41,463 bases of DNA, from positions 1 to 41,463 of the IMG/VR virus record IMGVR_UViG_3300025723_000078, one strand, 5' to 3'. Origin of the DNA: a virus. Its lineage: Duplodnaviria; Caudoviricetes. A program made the translations under genes and the position numbers. The notes under the pieces are model-generated. The model did no database searches. It saw only the letters and a list, made by a program, of their open reading frames with translations, and was not told the DNA's origin. Position 1 is the first letter of the stretch. Each line of letters opens with the position of its first letter. Positions 1 through 9,436 of the stretch are shown here, in pieces.

Positions 1-377
1 TCTTGGTCGATCAAGCTGTTGCCAGCGGATTGCCTATCGTGATACACGGCAAGGCCTACAAGCCTGATGTGGAATACTGTATCGGTTCGTACTCGACTCT
101 GGTCGGGCACTATGTCAAACAAGCCGGTCACACCGTGGTTTATGTGGATCCACTCAGCGACGACCCAACCGACGTGGTAGACACAGTCAGCACACCTGCT
201 GTGTTCCTTTGGGCTCACAACAGAAAAATCACTTACGAATACACCGGTGACCAACAGGACACACAGCCCTACTGTGAAATCAAACCTGGCAGCATAATTG
301 TGGATCCGTGGAGAAAATTACCACAGACCAGCACAGTGTTTACTGTGGTACATTACGGCAATACTAGGCCTCAATAA
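1..377 (+). CDS. UDP-glucose/GDP-mannose dehydrogenase family, C-terminal fragment (5' truncated by window edge)
   Basis: IHGKAYKPDV resembles the G.AFKP.TDD UDP-binding motif, followed by ..V.Y.DP.. and IVDPW elements typical of the C-terminal domain. Confidence 0.6.
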   Translation, partial: LVDQAVASGLPIVIHGKAYKPDVEYCIGSYSTLVGHYVKQAGHTVVYVDPLSDDPTDVVDTVSTPAVFLWAHNRKITYEYTGDQQDTQPYCEIKPGSIIVDPWRKLPQTSTVFTVVHYGNTRPQ

Positions 378-378
378 T

Positions 379-783
379 ATGAGCATATTTGATCGTTTCC
401 GTCGGAAACCCGCTGTGATCAAGATAACCGAGGATCCCAAGCCTCGGGCGCCCAAAGCTCCCAAGGCTCCGGAAAAAACTGCCAAAGAGCTGGCCACTGA
501 GCGTGGTGAACCTTACTTTAAAATTGTAAGTGTAGACATAGATCCTGAAAATATCCATGCCGGTTCTTTTGAGTTTGATTGGAACGAAAAAATGATAGCT
601 GACTTGGTCAGACATGGCTACATGATGAAAAAGACCGATACTGACAGTGAAATCATTGATCGTTATTTCCAAAATGTATGTCGTAATGTGGTACTCGAAA
701 CTTGGGAACAAGAACAGGCCATGAATGGCAACAGGATCATTCGCAGCAAAGATATCGGCGATGGTCGTAGTGAGGTCAGTTGA
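379..783 (+). CDS. hypothetical phage protein
   Basis: ATG at 379 immediately after the upstream stop; tightly packed operon. Confidence 0.7.
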   Translation: MSIFDRFRRKPAVIKITEDPKPRAPKAPKAPEKTAKELATERGEPYFKIVSVDIDPENIHAGSFEFDWNEKMIADLVRHGYMMKKTDTDSEIIDRYFQNVCRNVVLETWEQEQAMNGNRIIRSKDIGDGRSEVS

Positions 784-1037
784 TGCAAGGCCTACGACCG
801 CCAAAAACCATAAAGGTCTATCAATTGACCAAACTGACAATCGATGGTGGTATATACATATCGCCGGTGTCCATATTGGGCACAACGTTGGGCACAGCGT
901 CGTATGGAAGTGGTATTTTTAAATCTCTTGACGAAGCCGAGCAATATCGCACCGTAGAACTCCTCAAAAATAAAACAGACAATTCCACATATCACGTGTT
1001 TGAACTAGAATTCCCTAACCCAGCCTATCAAGAATGA
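783..1037 (+). CDS. hypothetical protein
   Basis: TGATG overlap with the upstream gene and ATGA overlap with the downstream gene. Confidence 0.6.
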   Translation: MQGLRPPKTIKVYQLTKLTIDGGIYISPVSILGTTLGTASYGSGIFKSLDEAEQYRTVELLKNKTDNSTYHVFELEFPNPAYQE

Positions 1038-1738
1038 TACTTTATGTAAATGGCGACAGCCACGCAGCCGGAGCCGAAGCTGTGAATCGCCATGCTTTTG
1101 CTCAGGACGATAGCCAATATTTTTATCTAGGTCGTAGACCACATCCGGACAATCAGGCAGTGACCTGGGCCAAGCAGTTGAGCAAGAGTCTAAATGCCTC
1201 GTTGTATCTTGATGCCGAAAGTGCCAGCAGCAATACTCGTATAATCCGTACCACACGAGCCTGGTTGGCCGAACGTGCCAATACCACGCACGACCTCTTG
1301 GTGATCATACAGTGGAGCACCTGGGAAAGAGAAGAGTGGTTGTACGACAATGTGTATTATCAAGTCAACGCATCGGGCATAGATCGTGTGCCAGCAGAAC
1401 TACAGGAAGATTATCGACAGTTTGTGATCAATGTGGACTGGAATCAAAAAACTCTACAGGCACATGATGAAATTTGGCAGTTCCATCAAGAACTGGATGC
1501 ACAAAACATACGTCACATATTTGTAAACGGCAATACCAATTTTGGTGCCATCACCGATCGAAAGGATTGGGGCTCCAGTTACATCGGACCATACGATCCT
1601 GCCCTGACCTACAATGCGATCCTGGAATCAGCCGGAATCGAAACAGTAGCACCCAATTCATATCATTTTGGCAAAAATGGCCATAGCTTTTTCCATCGTT
1701 TTATGTTACAATATATTATCTCCAACAAATACGTTTAG
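1034..1738 (+). CDS. SGNH/GDSL-like hydrolase-fold protein
   Basis: N-terminal YVNGDSH motif, SSN block, C-terminal HFGKNGH. Confidence 0.55.
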   Translation: MILYVNGDSHAAGAEAVNRHAFAQDDSQYFYLGRRPHPDNQAVTWAKQLSKSLNASLYLDAESASSNTRIIRTTRAWLAERANTTHDLLVIIQWSTWEREEWLYDNVYYQVNASGIDRVPAELQEDYRQFVINVDWNQKTLQAHDEIWQFHQELDAQNIRHIFVNGNTNFGAITDRKDWGSSYIGPYDPALTYNAILESAGIETVAPNSYHFGKNGHSFFHRFMLQYIISNKYV

Positions 1739-1746
1739 GTGGTAAT

Positions 1747-2745
1747 ATGCGGTATGTGCTGATTGACACAGCAAACATGTTTTTCCGTGCCAGACACGGT
1801 GCTTTCAGAGCAGCGGATACCTGGGAAAAGATCGGATTCGCCCTGCATATCACACTCATGGCCGCCAACAAGGTAGCACAGCGATTTTCGGCTGATCACG
1901 TGGTATTTGCTCTAGAAGGGCGCAGCTGGCGCAAAGACCACTATCGACCCTACAAGGCCAATCGAGCCGTGGCCCGGGCGGCACTCACAGAAAAAGAACA
2001 AGAAGAAGATGCCATGTTCTGGGAGACCTATGACAGCTTGACCCAGTATCTGACAGAACGAACCAATTGCAGCGTCATACGGTGCGCCACAGCAGAAGGC
2101 GACGACATCATAGCAAGATGGATTGCGTTACATCCTGCTGACGACCATGTGATTATAAGCAGTGACACTGACTTTGTTCAACTGTTGGCCACAAATGTAA
2201 AACAGTATAATGGCATTAGCGATGAATTGATCACGATCGAAGGAATATTTGATGCGAAAGGTAAACCGGTCCTCGACAAGAAAACTAAGGAACCTAAAAA
2301 GATACCGGACCCAGGGTGGCTTCTTTTTGAGAAGTGCATGCGAGGCGACCCGACTGATAATGTTTTTTCTGCGTTTCCGGGAGTTAGGACCAAAGGTACC
2401 AAGAACAAGGTCGGCTTGGCGGAGGCGTACGAGGACCGAACAAAACAAGGTTACAGCTGGAACAACATGATGCTACAACGCTGGACAGATCCAGATGGTG
2501 TAGAGCATAGAGTATTAGATGACTACGAGCGCAACAGGACCTTGATTGACTTGACTGCTCAGCCCGCGGATGTTAAACTAACAATTGACACTGCCATACG
2601 TGAGCAGATCAGTCACAAAGATATAGGGCAGGTGGGAGTGAGATTCATGCAGTTCTGTGGCAAGTATGAACTCAACAAATGTAGCGAAACAGCCGAACAG
2701 TTTGGACGCTGGTTAAACGCCACCTATCAAGGAGTGTTGACATGA
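1747..2745 (+). CDS. rnh: T4-type RNase H / 5'-3' exonuclease (flap endonuclease)
   Basis: LIDTAN, YKANR, EGDDII, ISSDTDFVQL and GDPTDNV motifs of the PIN/5'-nuclease family. Confidence 0.9.
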   Translation: MRYVLIDTANMFFRARHGAFRAADTWEKIGFALHITLMAANKVAQRFSADHVVFALEGRSWRKDHYRPYKANRAVARAALTEKEQEEDAMFWETYDSLTQYLTERTNCSVIRCATAEGDDIIARWIALHPADDHVIISSDTDFVQLLATNVKQYNGISDELITIEGIFDAKGKPVLDKKTKEPKKIPDPGWLLFEKCMRGDPTDNVFSAFPGVRTKGTKNKVGLAEAYEDRTKQGYSWNNMMLQRWTDPDGVEHRVLDDYERNRTLIDLTAQPADVKLTIDTAIREQISHKDIGQVGVRFMQFCGKYELNKCSETAEQFGRWLNATYQGVLT

Positions 2746-2948
2746 AAGTGTATGTCACCTTGTGTGTAGCGACCTTGGGCACTGGCATAATATTTTTGTG
2801 GTTCATGAATGCCATGGAATCACCCATGATCACCATGCGTTACGATTGCAGACAGTTGATAGGCGGATGGCACCCAGACGTGCCGGTAAAAGTACAACAG
2901 ATGTGCAAAAAGAAAGGGTATGATGCTGATAGCAAAACCAGTAATTGA
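2742..2948 (+). CDS. small membrane-anchored hypothetical protein
   Basis: N-terminal hydrophobic segment; GGAG RBS; ATGA overlap. Confidence 0.6.
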   Translation: MKVYVTLCVATLGTGIIFLWFMNAMESPMITMRYDCRQLIGGWHPDVPVKVQQMCKKKGYDADSKTSN

Positions 2949-3372
2949 TAACGAATTTTGGATCCTGCAACGAGACGATAAAAAAATTGGCAACGTAGAA
3001 GCCTGTGCTGGCGGATACCAAATCCGTATCAACAATCAAATCACACAGTACAAAACCATCAGCATGTTGGAACGTGATGTTGGTATTAGATTTGAATCCA
3101 GTCCTGCTCGTGCACCGGTGGCAACATGTACTGATCGATTAGTACACGGGTATCCCACAGCCAGTCGTGTACACAATCCGGTCTGGGACGTGCCGCATGC
3201 GTTACCGCTGTTTACCAAGACAGCCAAAAGCCGTAGCTGGTTCGCAGCCGGTTGGTATCAGGTCAAGAAAGGTCGTAAATGGCGTACTGTACAAGATCCC
3301 AAGCTGATCGTGTTGCAACGCTATACCTATCACGGTCCATATCACAACACACAGGAGATTGCCAATGTCTAG
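2920..3372 (+). CDS. hypothetical phage protein
   Basis: 150-aa ORF in a packed operon. Confidence 0.7.
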   Translation: MMLIAKPVIDNEFWILQRDDKKIGNVEACAGGYQIRINNQITQYKTISMLERDVGIRFESSPARAPVATCTDRLVHGYPTASRVHNPVWDVPHALPLFTKTAKSRSWFAAGWYQVKKGRKWRTVQDPKLIVLQRYTYHGPYHNTQEIANV

Positions 3373-3733
3373 CCCATTCCAACAGCAGGCCAGTTTCATG
3401 CAGGCCTGCGGACAAACTGTCGGCATAGAAAATAGAGATCAGTATGCCTTGTATCTGGATCTCATACGTGAAGAAGTACAAGAGCTGGAGGATAGCCAGC
3501 ATCCGGTAACCGATCTGGATGCCTTGATTGATATCTTGGTGGTCACTATTGGTGCCATACACAGCATGGGAGCCGATGCCGAAGGTGCCTGGAACGAAGT
3601 CATGCGCAGCAATTTTGACAAGATCGACGTCAACACCGGTGCTGTGATCAAAAGAGAGGATGGCAAAATACTCAAGCCTGAGGGCTGGGAACCGCCCTGG
3701 CTGGATCCATACCTGAATGAGGTGCACAGATGA
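3365..3733 (+). CDS. all-alpha NTP pyrophosphohydrolase (MazG/PRA-PH/dUTPase-like)
   Basis: LIREEVQEL...DALIDILVV...EVMRSNFDK...REDGKILKP motifs; AGGAG RBS before ATG 3365. Confidence 0.85.
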   Translation: MSSPFQQQASFMQACGQTVGIENRDQYALYLDLIREEVQELEDSQHPVTDLDALIDILVVTIGAIHSMGADAEGAWNEVMRSNFDKIDVNTGAVIKREDGKILKPEGWEPPWLDPYLNEVHR

Positions 3734-3933
3734 GTTTGCACATAGAAAGATTTATTGATCGTGTACAGGGCCTGCAGGGCGGTAGAAATACACTTGTGAT
3801 GACAGCCGACGAAGCACAAGCCTTGGTAGCCGATCTGTCTCGACTGTTGTTGCACATGCAGGAATTGCAGTCAGCTGTTGCTCAACCAGTAGACGAAGTG
3901 ATCACCGTGCGCATGGACGGCGGCAGTTATTAA
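3730..3933 (+). CDS. hypothetical protein
   Basis: ATGA overlap; GAGG RBS. Confidence 0.65.
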   Translation: MSLHIERFIDRVQGLQGGRNTLVMTADEAQALVADLSRLLLHMQELQSAVAQPVDEVITVRMDGGSY

Positions 3934-3965
3934 ACTGGGTATATTACCGCCATAAATACTTGATC

Positions 3966-4253
3966 ATGAGCCGACCCAAGCCAATCGTACTAGCTGAAAT
4001 AACCAATCGTAACACCTACAAGACCGAACAGGTGTTAGGCAGCGAAGGAGTATGGGCTGTGTTTTATGACAGCAAGCCCATCAACCTCAAAACCAGCAAT
4101 CTTTTGGTGCAATACCCGGGACCCAAATACAAAAAAGTATCATTCAGCAATCCCGGACATGCCATCAACCTGGCCAAAAAATTGAACTCACAGTTCAAGA
4201 CCGACAAGTTCACAGTGGTGGTTCTCAAGCAAGGCGACCGAGTTTTTCCTTGA
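3966..4253 (+). CDS. hypothetical phage protein
   Basis: MSRPKP... ORF preceded by TAAATA at 3953-3958. Confidence 0.75.
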   Translation: MSRPKPIVLAEITNRNTYKTEQVLGSEGVWAVFYDSKPINLKTSNLLVQYPGPKYKKVSFSNPGHAINLAKKLNSQFKTDKFTVVVLKQGDRVFP

Positions 4254-4257
4254 CACC

Positions 4258-5133
4258 ATGCGTGTTTACGACACCTTTATATTTTACAACGAACTGGATC
4301 TGCTAGAGCTACGCCTGCGTACCTTGTACGATCATGTGGATGTGTTTGTGCTGTGTGAAAGTGATCTTACCCTGACCAATCATGCCAAGCCCTATATCTT
4401 TGAACAGCACAAACAAAGATTCGCACCATGGTTGGACAAGATCCGTCATGTCAAATATACCAGTTTGGCCGATCGCAATTACTGGAACAATGCGGATCTA
4501 CAGCGGGATGCCATCATTGCCGGGCTGGCCGATGCCAACGACGATGACATTGTGATCTACAGCGATGTGGATGAGATTGTGAGACCCAGCAGTGTTGACT
4601 ATACAAGAACTCAAGACCAAGCCACGGTGTTTGGTTTCCATATGCCCCTGTGCAATTTTAAATTTAATTATGTGCGTGCATCTCCAATACCGGGCCCGTT
4701 TGACATTTGGAGCATGGCTGCCAGGGCCAGCTGGATCAGACAGTTCAGTGTACAAGCACTTCGCTATCAACGATCTAACCTGTATAATCTTCCAGCACAA
4801 ATTGATTATCGAGGCCGTACAGGTATGTTGACCCAGGATCAGGTAGTAACTGTGCGTCACGGCGGTTGGCATTTCAGCTACCTGGGCGACCGGGTTTGGC
4901 TGACCGACAAGGCACGCAATACAGTGCACCAAGAAGAAAATACTGCTGATCTGGTCCTCAATCTCGATGTAGAAAAAAGTATCGCTGAAAAGAAAAGCTG
5001 GAATCGTGACAGCGAATTCCAGTACGAAATAGTCAACATGACCGATTACTTTCCCAGAGCCTGCCTGGACTATCCGCAATGGATCTTGCCCAATTCTGGC
5101 GTCGATCCTGAAGAATTTTTATCAAGATTCTGA
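4258..5133 (+). CDS. glycosyltransferase family 17 (beta-1,4-N-acetylglucosaminyltransferase-like)
   Basis: YDTFIFYNELDLLELR, SDVDEI and GGWHFSY motifs. Confidence 0.85.
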   Translation: MRVYDTFIFYNELDLLELRLRTLYDHVDVFVLCESDLTLTNHAKPYIFEQHKQRFAPWLDKIRHVKYTSLADRNYWNNADLQRDAIIAGLADANDDDIVIYSDVDEIVRPSSVDYTRTQDQATVFGFHMPLCNFKFNYVRASPIPGPFDIWSMAARASWIRQFSVQALRYQRSNLYNLPAQIDYRGRTGMLTQDQVVTVRHGGWHFSYLGDRVWLTDKARNTVHQEENTADLVLNLDVEKSIAEKKSWNRDSEFQYEIVNMTDYFPRACLDYPQWILPNSGVDPEEFLSRF

Positions 5134-5135
5134 TC

Positions 5136-5501
5136 ATGCGTGACCGTCTGCAACTTACTAAAAAATTAGTGTCTGAGTTGCCCGAGCAGGATCGTATCAC
5201 TGTGGCCCAGGCTCGGACACAATGGTGGTTTAATATACGCAACACTGGTGGTATGCGCCTGACCGGCCCTGGATACCGAGTGTTCAGTGAAGTGCTGGAT
5301 ATCGAATCCTACGAATACACTATTTCAGATCCGGCCATGTTTGATCAGCGCATGATGCTGGATCTGGACCGCAAAATACAGATGCCCTACTATATCAGTA
5401 CCACACGCGGCATACCAAAAAAAATCATATTTTTTGGCAGCAAGGAAGCCATGATGGTGGTTTTGTACGGTGATCTCAAACGATGGCTTGACAGTTGCTG
5501 A
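5136..5501 (+). CDS. hypothetical phage protein
   Basis: 121-aa ORF in a packed operon. Confidence 0.7.
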   Translation: MRDRLQLTKKLVSELPEQDRITVAQARTQWWFNIRNTGGMRLTGPGYRVFSEVLDIESYEYTISDPAMFDQRMMLDLDRKIQMPYYISTTRGIPKKIIFFGSKEAMMVVLYGDLKRWLDSC

Positions 5502-5516
5502 AATATGCTATATAAT
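5488..5516 (+). promoter_or_regulatory. sigma70-type promoter for the tRNA
   Basis: TTGACA-N17-TATAAT ending 9 nt before the tRNA. Confidence 0.8.
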
Positions 5517-5524
5517 AAACACTT

Positions 5525-5601
5525 GGGCCTCTAGCTCATTAGGTTAGAGCAAACGACTCATAATCGTTGGGTGCCGTGTTCGAATCACGGGAGGCCCACC
5601 A
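5525..5601 (+). tRNA. tRNA-Ile2 (CAT, lysidine type)
   Basis: Cloverleaf GGGCCTC/GAGGCCC-ACCA; AACGA-CTCATAA-TCGTT; resembles ileX-type rather than Met tRNAs. Confidence 0.85.
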
Positions 5602-5664
5602 TAAATAATGTTATAAAAAGATTTTGGATTTTTAGAGTAAGTAAATATATCAAAAGGAGTCACA

Positions 5665-5928
5665 ATGACTATTATCACACATGTCAACCTGGGCAGAGAT
5701 ATGACTGCCGTCGAACTGAACAACGTTATGAATCGTCTAACCATTGCTGCAGCCGAGAACCATGTATACGCATCTGCAGAACAAGGAAATTTTCCAGCCG
5801 TGGCTACTAGTGTCGATGGACAAACAGTAATCATAATATGGGACACCGCCGATTCAGCCAATGCCTGGATAGCCTTCGTCAATGAAGCTAGTCCTCCACC
5901 AGTGCTGGCTCAAGTACAAATCATTTAA
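5665..5928 (+). CDS. hypothetical protein (paralog pair, copy 1)
   Basis: AAGGAG RBS; MTIIT...IIWDT...AW..F.N...PPP shared with the next ORF. Confidence 0.75.
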   Translation: MTIITHVNLGRDMTAVELNNVMNRLTIAAAENHVYASAEQGNFPAVATSVDGQTVIIIWDTADSANAWIAFVNEASPPPVLAQVQII

Positions 5929-5937
5929 GGAATTGAT

Positions 5938-6213
5938 ATGACTATTATCACAAATATGAACATGGGCAGGAAATTGTCATCTCTCGAAGAGGACTTTATG
6001 CAAAATCAGCTGGCTAGTTGTCAGTTGGCTCAAACAACGGGCACGGGGCCGGCGTTGAGTATTCCTGCATTGCAACCCACCCTAGATCCAATTTTTCCAC
6101 TTAGCGATTGTGCTGTTATTATCTGGGAAACCCAGGATGCAGCCGCGGCCTGGGTCACATTCATGAACACATTTGATCCACCACCTTTATCAATCGTGGT
6201 GCAAACTGTCTAG
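5938..6213 (+). CDS. hypothetical protein (paralog pair, copy 2)
   Basis: AAGGA RBS; MTIIT...IIWET...AW..F.N...PPP. Confidence 0.75.
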   Translation: MTIITNMNMGRKLSSLEEDFMQNQLASCQLAQTTGTGPALSIPALQPTLDPIFPLSDCAVIIWETQDAAAAWVTFMNTFDPPPLSIVVQTV

Positions 6214-6225
6214 CAGTAGCAAAGT

Positions 6226-6600
6226 ATTGTTGTAATTCCTTCGTAGCAAAGGCACTGTGGACGGGAGTTCGATTCTCCCCGGATCCACCTAAGGGACTTG
6301 TATGTTTGAACATTGGATTTATTTTTGGGGTATTGTAGCCGCAGTAAATCTTTGGTTCTGGTTAGTTGTAGGTCTATTAGGTGGGTCCGACCGGTTTCGA
6401 CATGGTGAGATAGCGAAAGAGGCAACACAGTAGGCGATGACTGTAAATCAAGCAAAACTCGTAAATGCAAACGCAAATACAGGCGAAGTCGCTGTTTCTG
6501 GCAAGAACATCAAGTTCTCTGCACGTACAGTACGAGCCACATCATTTGCAGTTTAATCACTGCATAGGGTAGGAAATACCTCGTAACAGAAACCACCAAA
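6226..6600 (+). ncRNA. ssrA: circularly permuted (two-piece) tmRNA
   Basis: The T-arm GGGAG-TTCGATT-CTCCC and 3' acceptor strand CGGATCC-A (6263-6287) lie upstream of the 5' end GGGTCCG-ACCGGTTTCGAC (6383); G3.U70 alanine pair; resume context TAAAT-GCA-AAC at 6467; tag frame 6467-6556; outer ends approximate. Confidence 0.88.
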
Positions 6601-6625
6601 AGGGCCTTCGGGCCCTTTTTTTTAT
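6598..6625 (+). terminator. intrinsic terminator after tmRNA
   Basis: AAAAGGGCC-TTCG-GGCCCTTTTTTTT. Confidence 0.9.
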
Positions 6626-6693
6626 TTGCATCAAGTCTTGATTGATAGTGAATAAATACTGGCAATAAATCTTGTAAGAGACAAGGAGCAAGT

Positions 6694-6975
6694 ATGAATG
6701 ATGTTCTCAAGATCATTGGCGATCTTGGTTTTCCTGTTGCAGCAGCATTGGCCGGTGGATATTTTGTTTTTTTGACCATCAAACTGTTGTTGGCCGGAGT
6801 GCTCAGCAGTATCAAGAGCATGGCCGGCATCATCACGGCCTTGGACAACCGAGTCAAGACCATGAATCATGAAGTCTTAAGAGTGGATACATTAGTAAGT
6901 TCTGCCCTCGGTCTTAAACCCGATCTTGACAGAATTGCCAGAGCTGACGGAAAAACTGATTGTCGCAGAGACTGA
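6694..6975 (+). CDS. small membrane protein
   Basis: GDLGFPVAAA TM helix plus coiled-coil-like region; AAGGAG RBS; TAAATA at 6653. Confidence 0.75.
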   Translation: MNDVLKIIGDLGFPVAAALAGGYFVFLTIKLLLAGVLSSIKSMAGIITALDNRVKTMNHEVLRVDTLVSSALGLKPDLDRIARADGKTDCRRD

Positions 6976-7160
6976 TGAAATACTACGATTATGAATGGGA
7001 TCTATATCCCAATTATTTGAAATTGGACAACGAGTTGGACACAGTTGCATTGGGGTGGAAAGAAGGTGATCTATTCCGTCTTGAAACCTGTTTGGTCACT
7101 GGGATCCGGATGATCAAAAAGATTGATCCTGTTGAACGATTCACAAGAGGCTACACGTGA
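6975..7160 (+). CDS. hypothetical protein
   Basis: TGATG overlaps on both sides. Confidence 0.6.
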   Translation: MKYYDYEWDLYPNYLKLDNELDTVALGWKEGDLFRLETCLVTGIRMIKKIDPVERFTRGYT

Positions 7161-7474
7161 TGGGAAACCTAGTAGAACTGGTAAACAAGTACGGATTCCC
7201 TATCATCATGGCCGTGGGCATGGGCTATGTCATACACTATGTCTGGCGGTGGGCAACTACCGAAGTCAAGCCGGTCATATCAGATGCCAACACCGTGTTG
7301 ATCGCACTGATTGACCGTATACGCATGTTGGACAACGACCTGATCCGACTGAATCAAAAGGTCAATACGGTTCTGCATCTTCGTGGCAAAAGCATTGAAC
7401 ATGAACGAGTATCAGCCGAAAAGCGCATCAACGCCACTGTACAAGATCAAGAAGCAGCCGGCGGTAGCGACTGA
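7160..7474 (+). CDS. small membrane protein (paralog-like to 6694-6975)
   Basis: NKYGFPII TM helix; LIDRIRMLDNDLIRL resembles LDNRVKTMNHEVLRV. Confidence 0.75.
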   Translation: MGNLVELVNKYGFPIIMAVGMGYVIHYVWRWATTEVKPVISDANTVLIALIDRIRMLDNDLIRLNQKVNTVLHLRGKSIEHERVSAEKRINATVQDQEAAGGSD

Positions 7475-8503
7475 TCATTTGCTTGTGGCATGATAGGTGC
7501 CGTTCCAGTTGTCTGGTACCCCTTGTTCCATCCGCTCGATCATCTTTTTGTAATATTCCTGTATGTCCACGGTTGGATCTGTACACAATTCTCTAGCCCA
7601 CTCAAGTGCTCGATTCCAGTTGCCACTTAGATATTCTTTCATGTATTCTTCATGTTTGTGGGTCGCAGTTTGGCCCACGGTATAGATATCCAGCCCAACA
7701 GTTTTGCCTTTGACCGCGATGTTATCCAGTTTAATCACTGCAAATGAATCTTTGACCAGATCGGCTGTTCTTGGACCAATGATCAACAGCACACCATAGC
7801 TCTTGGTTTGTCCTTCCAGGCGTGCTGCTGTGCTTACTGAATCTCCCAACACATCGTAGCCAAATTTGGTTTTGGCACCGATATTGCCTATCAAGGTCTC
7901 GCCGGTGTTGACACCTGCACCCATGCCCACTGGAGGACGCCCACTGGCAATCAAGCCCACATTGAAATCTTCAATGGCCCGGATCATTTCCAGTGCAGTG
8001 CGCACAGCAGTTTGGGCATGCTTGTCATCATCCAATGGCGCACCATGTACATGTAGGCTGGCGTCACCAATGAACTTGATCAGTGTACCATCATTGGCCA
8101 ACACAGGAACACTCAACGCTGTCATGTAGTCATTCATGATCTTGGTCAGGCCTTCTACATCGTCGCCAAAACTTTCGCCTAGCGCAGTAAACCCACGCAG
8201 GTCAGTCATGACTATACTGAGCTCTCGACGTTCGCCACCGAGTTTGATCAATTCAGGATTTTTCTGCAAGCGTTCCACAATGGTGGGATTGACATAACTG
8301 CCGAACTGTCGTTTGATTGCTAATTTTTGATTTAACTCTGTAATAAATCTAACAATATTGATATGTAGGCCTACTAGAACTACTGCTACGATAGGAATAG
8401 TAACATCAATTAGGAACGCATAATGCGTGTAAGCGTATTGCCCACCAAAGTAGAGTAAGACAACTAATAAGATTGGAACAATATAGGATAAATGTTTATT
8501 CAT
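7475..8503 (-). CDS. class III adenylate cyclase, C-terminal half of a split CHASE2-cyclase (2 TM + catalytic domain)
   Basis: F..YV.P.IV..L...P..I.LGGE.RE linker, [20 protein letters not shown]...GNIG, YDVLGD.V..AARLE motifs. Confidence 0.92.
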   Translation of the reverse strand: MNKHLSYIVPILLVVLLYFGGQYAYTHYAFLIDVTIPIVAVVLVGLHINIVRFITELNQKLAIKRQFGSYVNPTIVERLQKNPELIKLGGERRELSIVMTDLRGFTALGESFGDDVEGLTKIMNDYMTALSVPVLANDGTLIKFIGDASLHVHGAPLDDDKHAQTAVRTALEMIRAIEDFNVGLIASGRPPVGMGAGVNTGETLIGNIGAKTKFGYDVLGDSVSTAARLEGQTKSYGVLLIIGPRTADLVKDSFAVIKLDNIAVKGKTVGLDIYTVGQTATHKHEEYMKEYLSGNWNRALEWARELCTDPTVDIQEYYKKMIERMEQGVPDNWNGTYHATSK

Positions 8504-9111
8504 TTGTGCTTACATTTGTCTCCGTGATATTGGACGTATATATTTTTAGCACATACCATGCCGCAATGTGGGCATACCAACTTTTCTCGTTTTATACCTG
8601 TTATTTTATCTCTTATTTTTTGTTTAGATTCATCTGTGTGTTTTTTTCCGTAAAAACTATTATTCTCTCCGAGATGGGCTTGTCTATTCTTTTCTTTGCA
8701 TTCTTCGGATTGCCTGGTGCCGTATTGATTGTGTTTTTTGCCTTGCTTTGCGGCTTTTAATTTTATACGATGATTTTCAGATTTAGCAACACCAGTATGT
8801 GATAGACTATTTTTCTTACGCTGTTCTGTTGTCCATACTCTGCCAGTTGCTCCTTCGCCGCCATCTGTTCTATTGTGTAATATACCAGTGCCTAGATCTT
8901 TACGGCCCCACCAACGTATTAATCGGCGCTCAATGGCCAAGGCACCGACTTCGGTTAGTTTAGTTTCAATAAAAATTATTTTAGATTTATCTTTTGGGAC
9001 TTTGACGGAATGAGCTTTAGACCAAGCTCTTGCGTCTTTACCTTTACCGATGTAGTAAGGTGTATGGTCTGACTTTCTTATGTAGGCATAGACATAATAG
9101 CGTAAATACAT
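8500..9111 (-). CDS. free-standing homing endonuclease (GIY-YIG-like N-terminus + NUMOD3 repeats + Cys/His C-terminal motif)
   Basis: YVYAY...YYIGKG...[25 protein letters not shown] (NUMOD3), CPHC; AT-rich; AAGGA RBS before ATG 9111. Confidence 0.85.
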   Translation of the reverse strand: MYLRYYVYAYIRKSDHTPYYIGKGKDARAWSKAHSVKVPKDKSKIIFIETKLTEVGALAIERRLIRWWGRKDLGTGILHNRTDGGEGATGRVWTTEQRKKNSLSHTGVAKSENHRIKLKAAKQGKKHNQYGTRQSEECKEKNRQAHLGENNSFYGKKHTDESKQKIRDKITGIKREKLVCPHCGMVCAKNIYVQYHGDKCKHK

Positions 9112-9173
9112 TTGCTGTGATTCCTTTACAATCATAGAGCGGGTGGATGTTGATAGCATCGCGACTCGCACTT

Positions 9174-9425
9174 TTATTTATTACGCTTTTCTTTTTCAAG
9201 TCTGGCAATGTGTTGCTTGAGTTGCTCAATCGACATTTCGCCGTTAATAACTTGTTGATAGATATGTGCGGCCATTTTAAACTCATCAGCAGGACTGATT
9301 CCGTTGTAATACAACTCAGCAAGGTGCCTTGCTAACATCTCCGGGGCATCGTGATTGATCCAGTTTTCTTCTAAACTTTGATTAGCAGATTCTATTAGAT
9401 TGATATAATCGCGAAATGTTTTCAT
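9174..9425 (-). CDS. small protein with T4 capsid-targeting-sequence-like N-terminus
   Basis: [12 protein letters not shown] resembles the T4 CTS MKTYQEFIAE; TAAATA at 9431-9436 just upstream. Confidence 0.65.
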   Translation of the reverse strand: MKTFRDYINLIESANQSLEENWINHDAPEMLARHLAELYYNGISPADEFKMAAHIYQQVINGEMSIEQLKQHIARLEKEKRNK

Positions 9426-9436
9426 AATAATATTTA

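Noticed and set aside
8504-9436. Group I intron or intein interrupting the cyclase
   Set aside because: The insert is almost entirely filled by two ORFs, leaving no room for a ribozyme core. Both cyclase halves have their own stop/start and there are no intein motifs. RT-PCR would be needed to exclude it formally.
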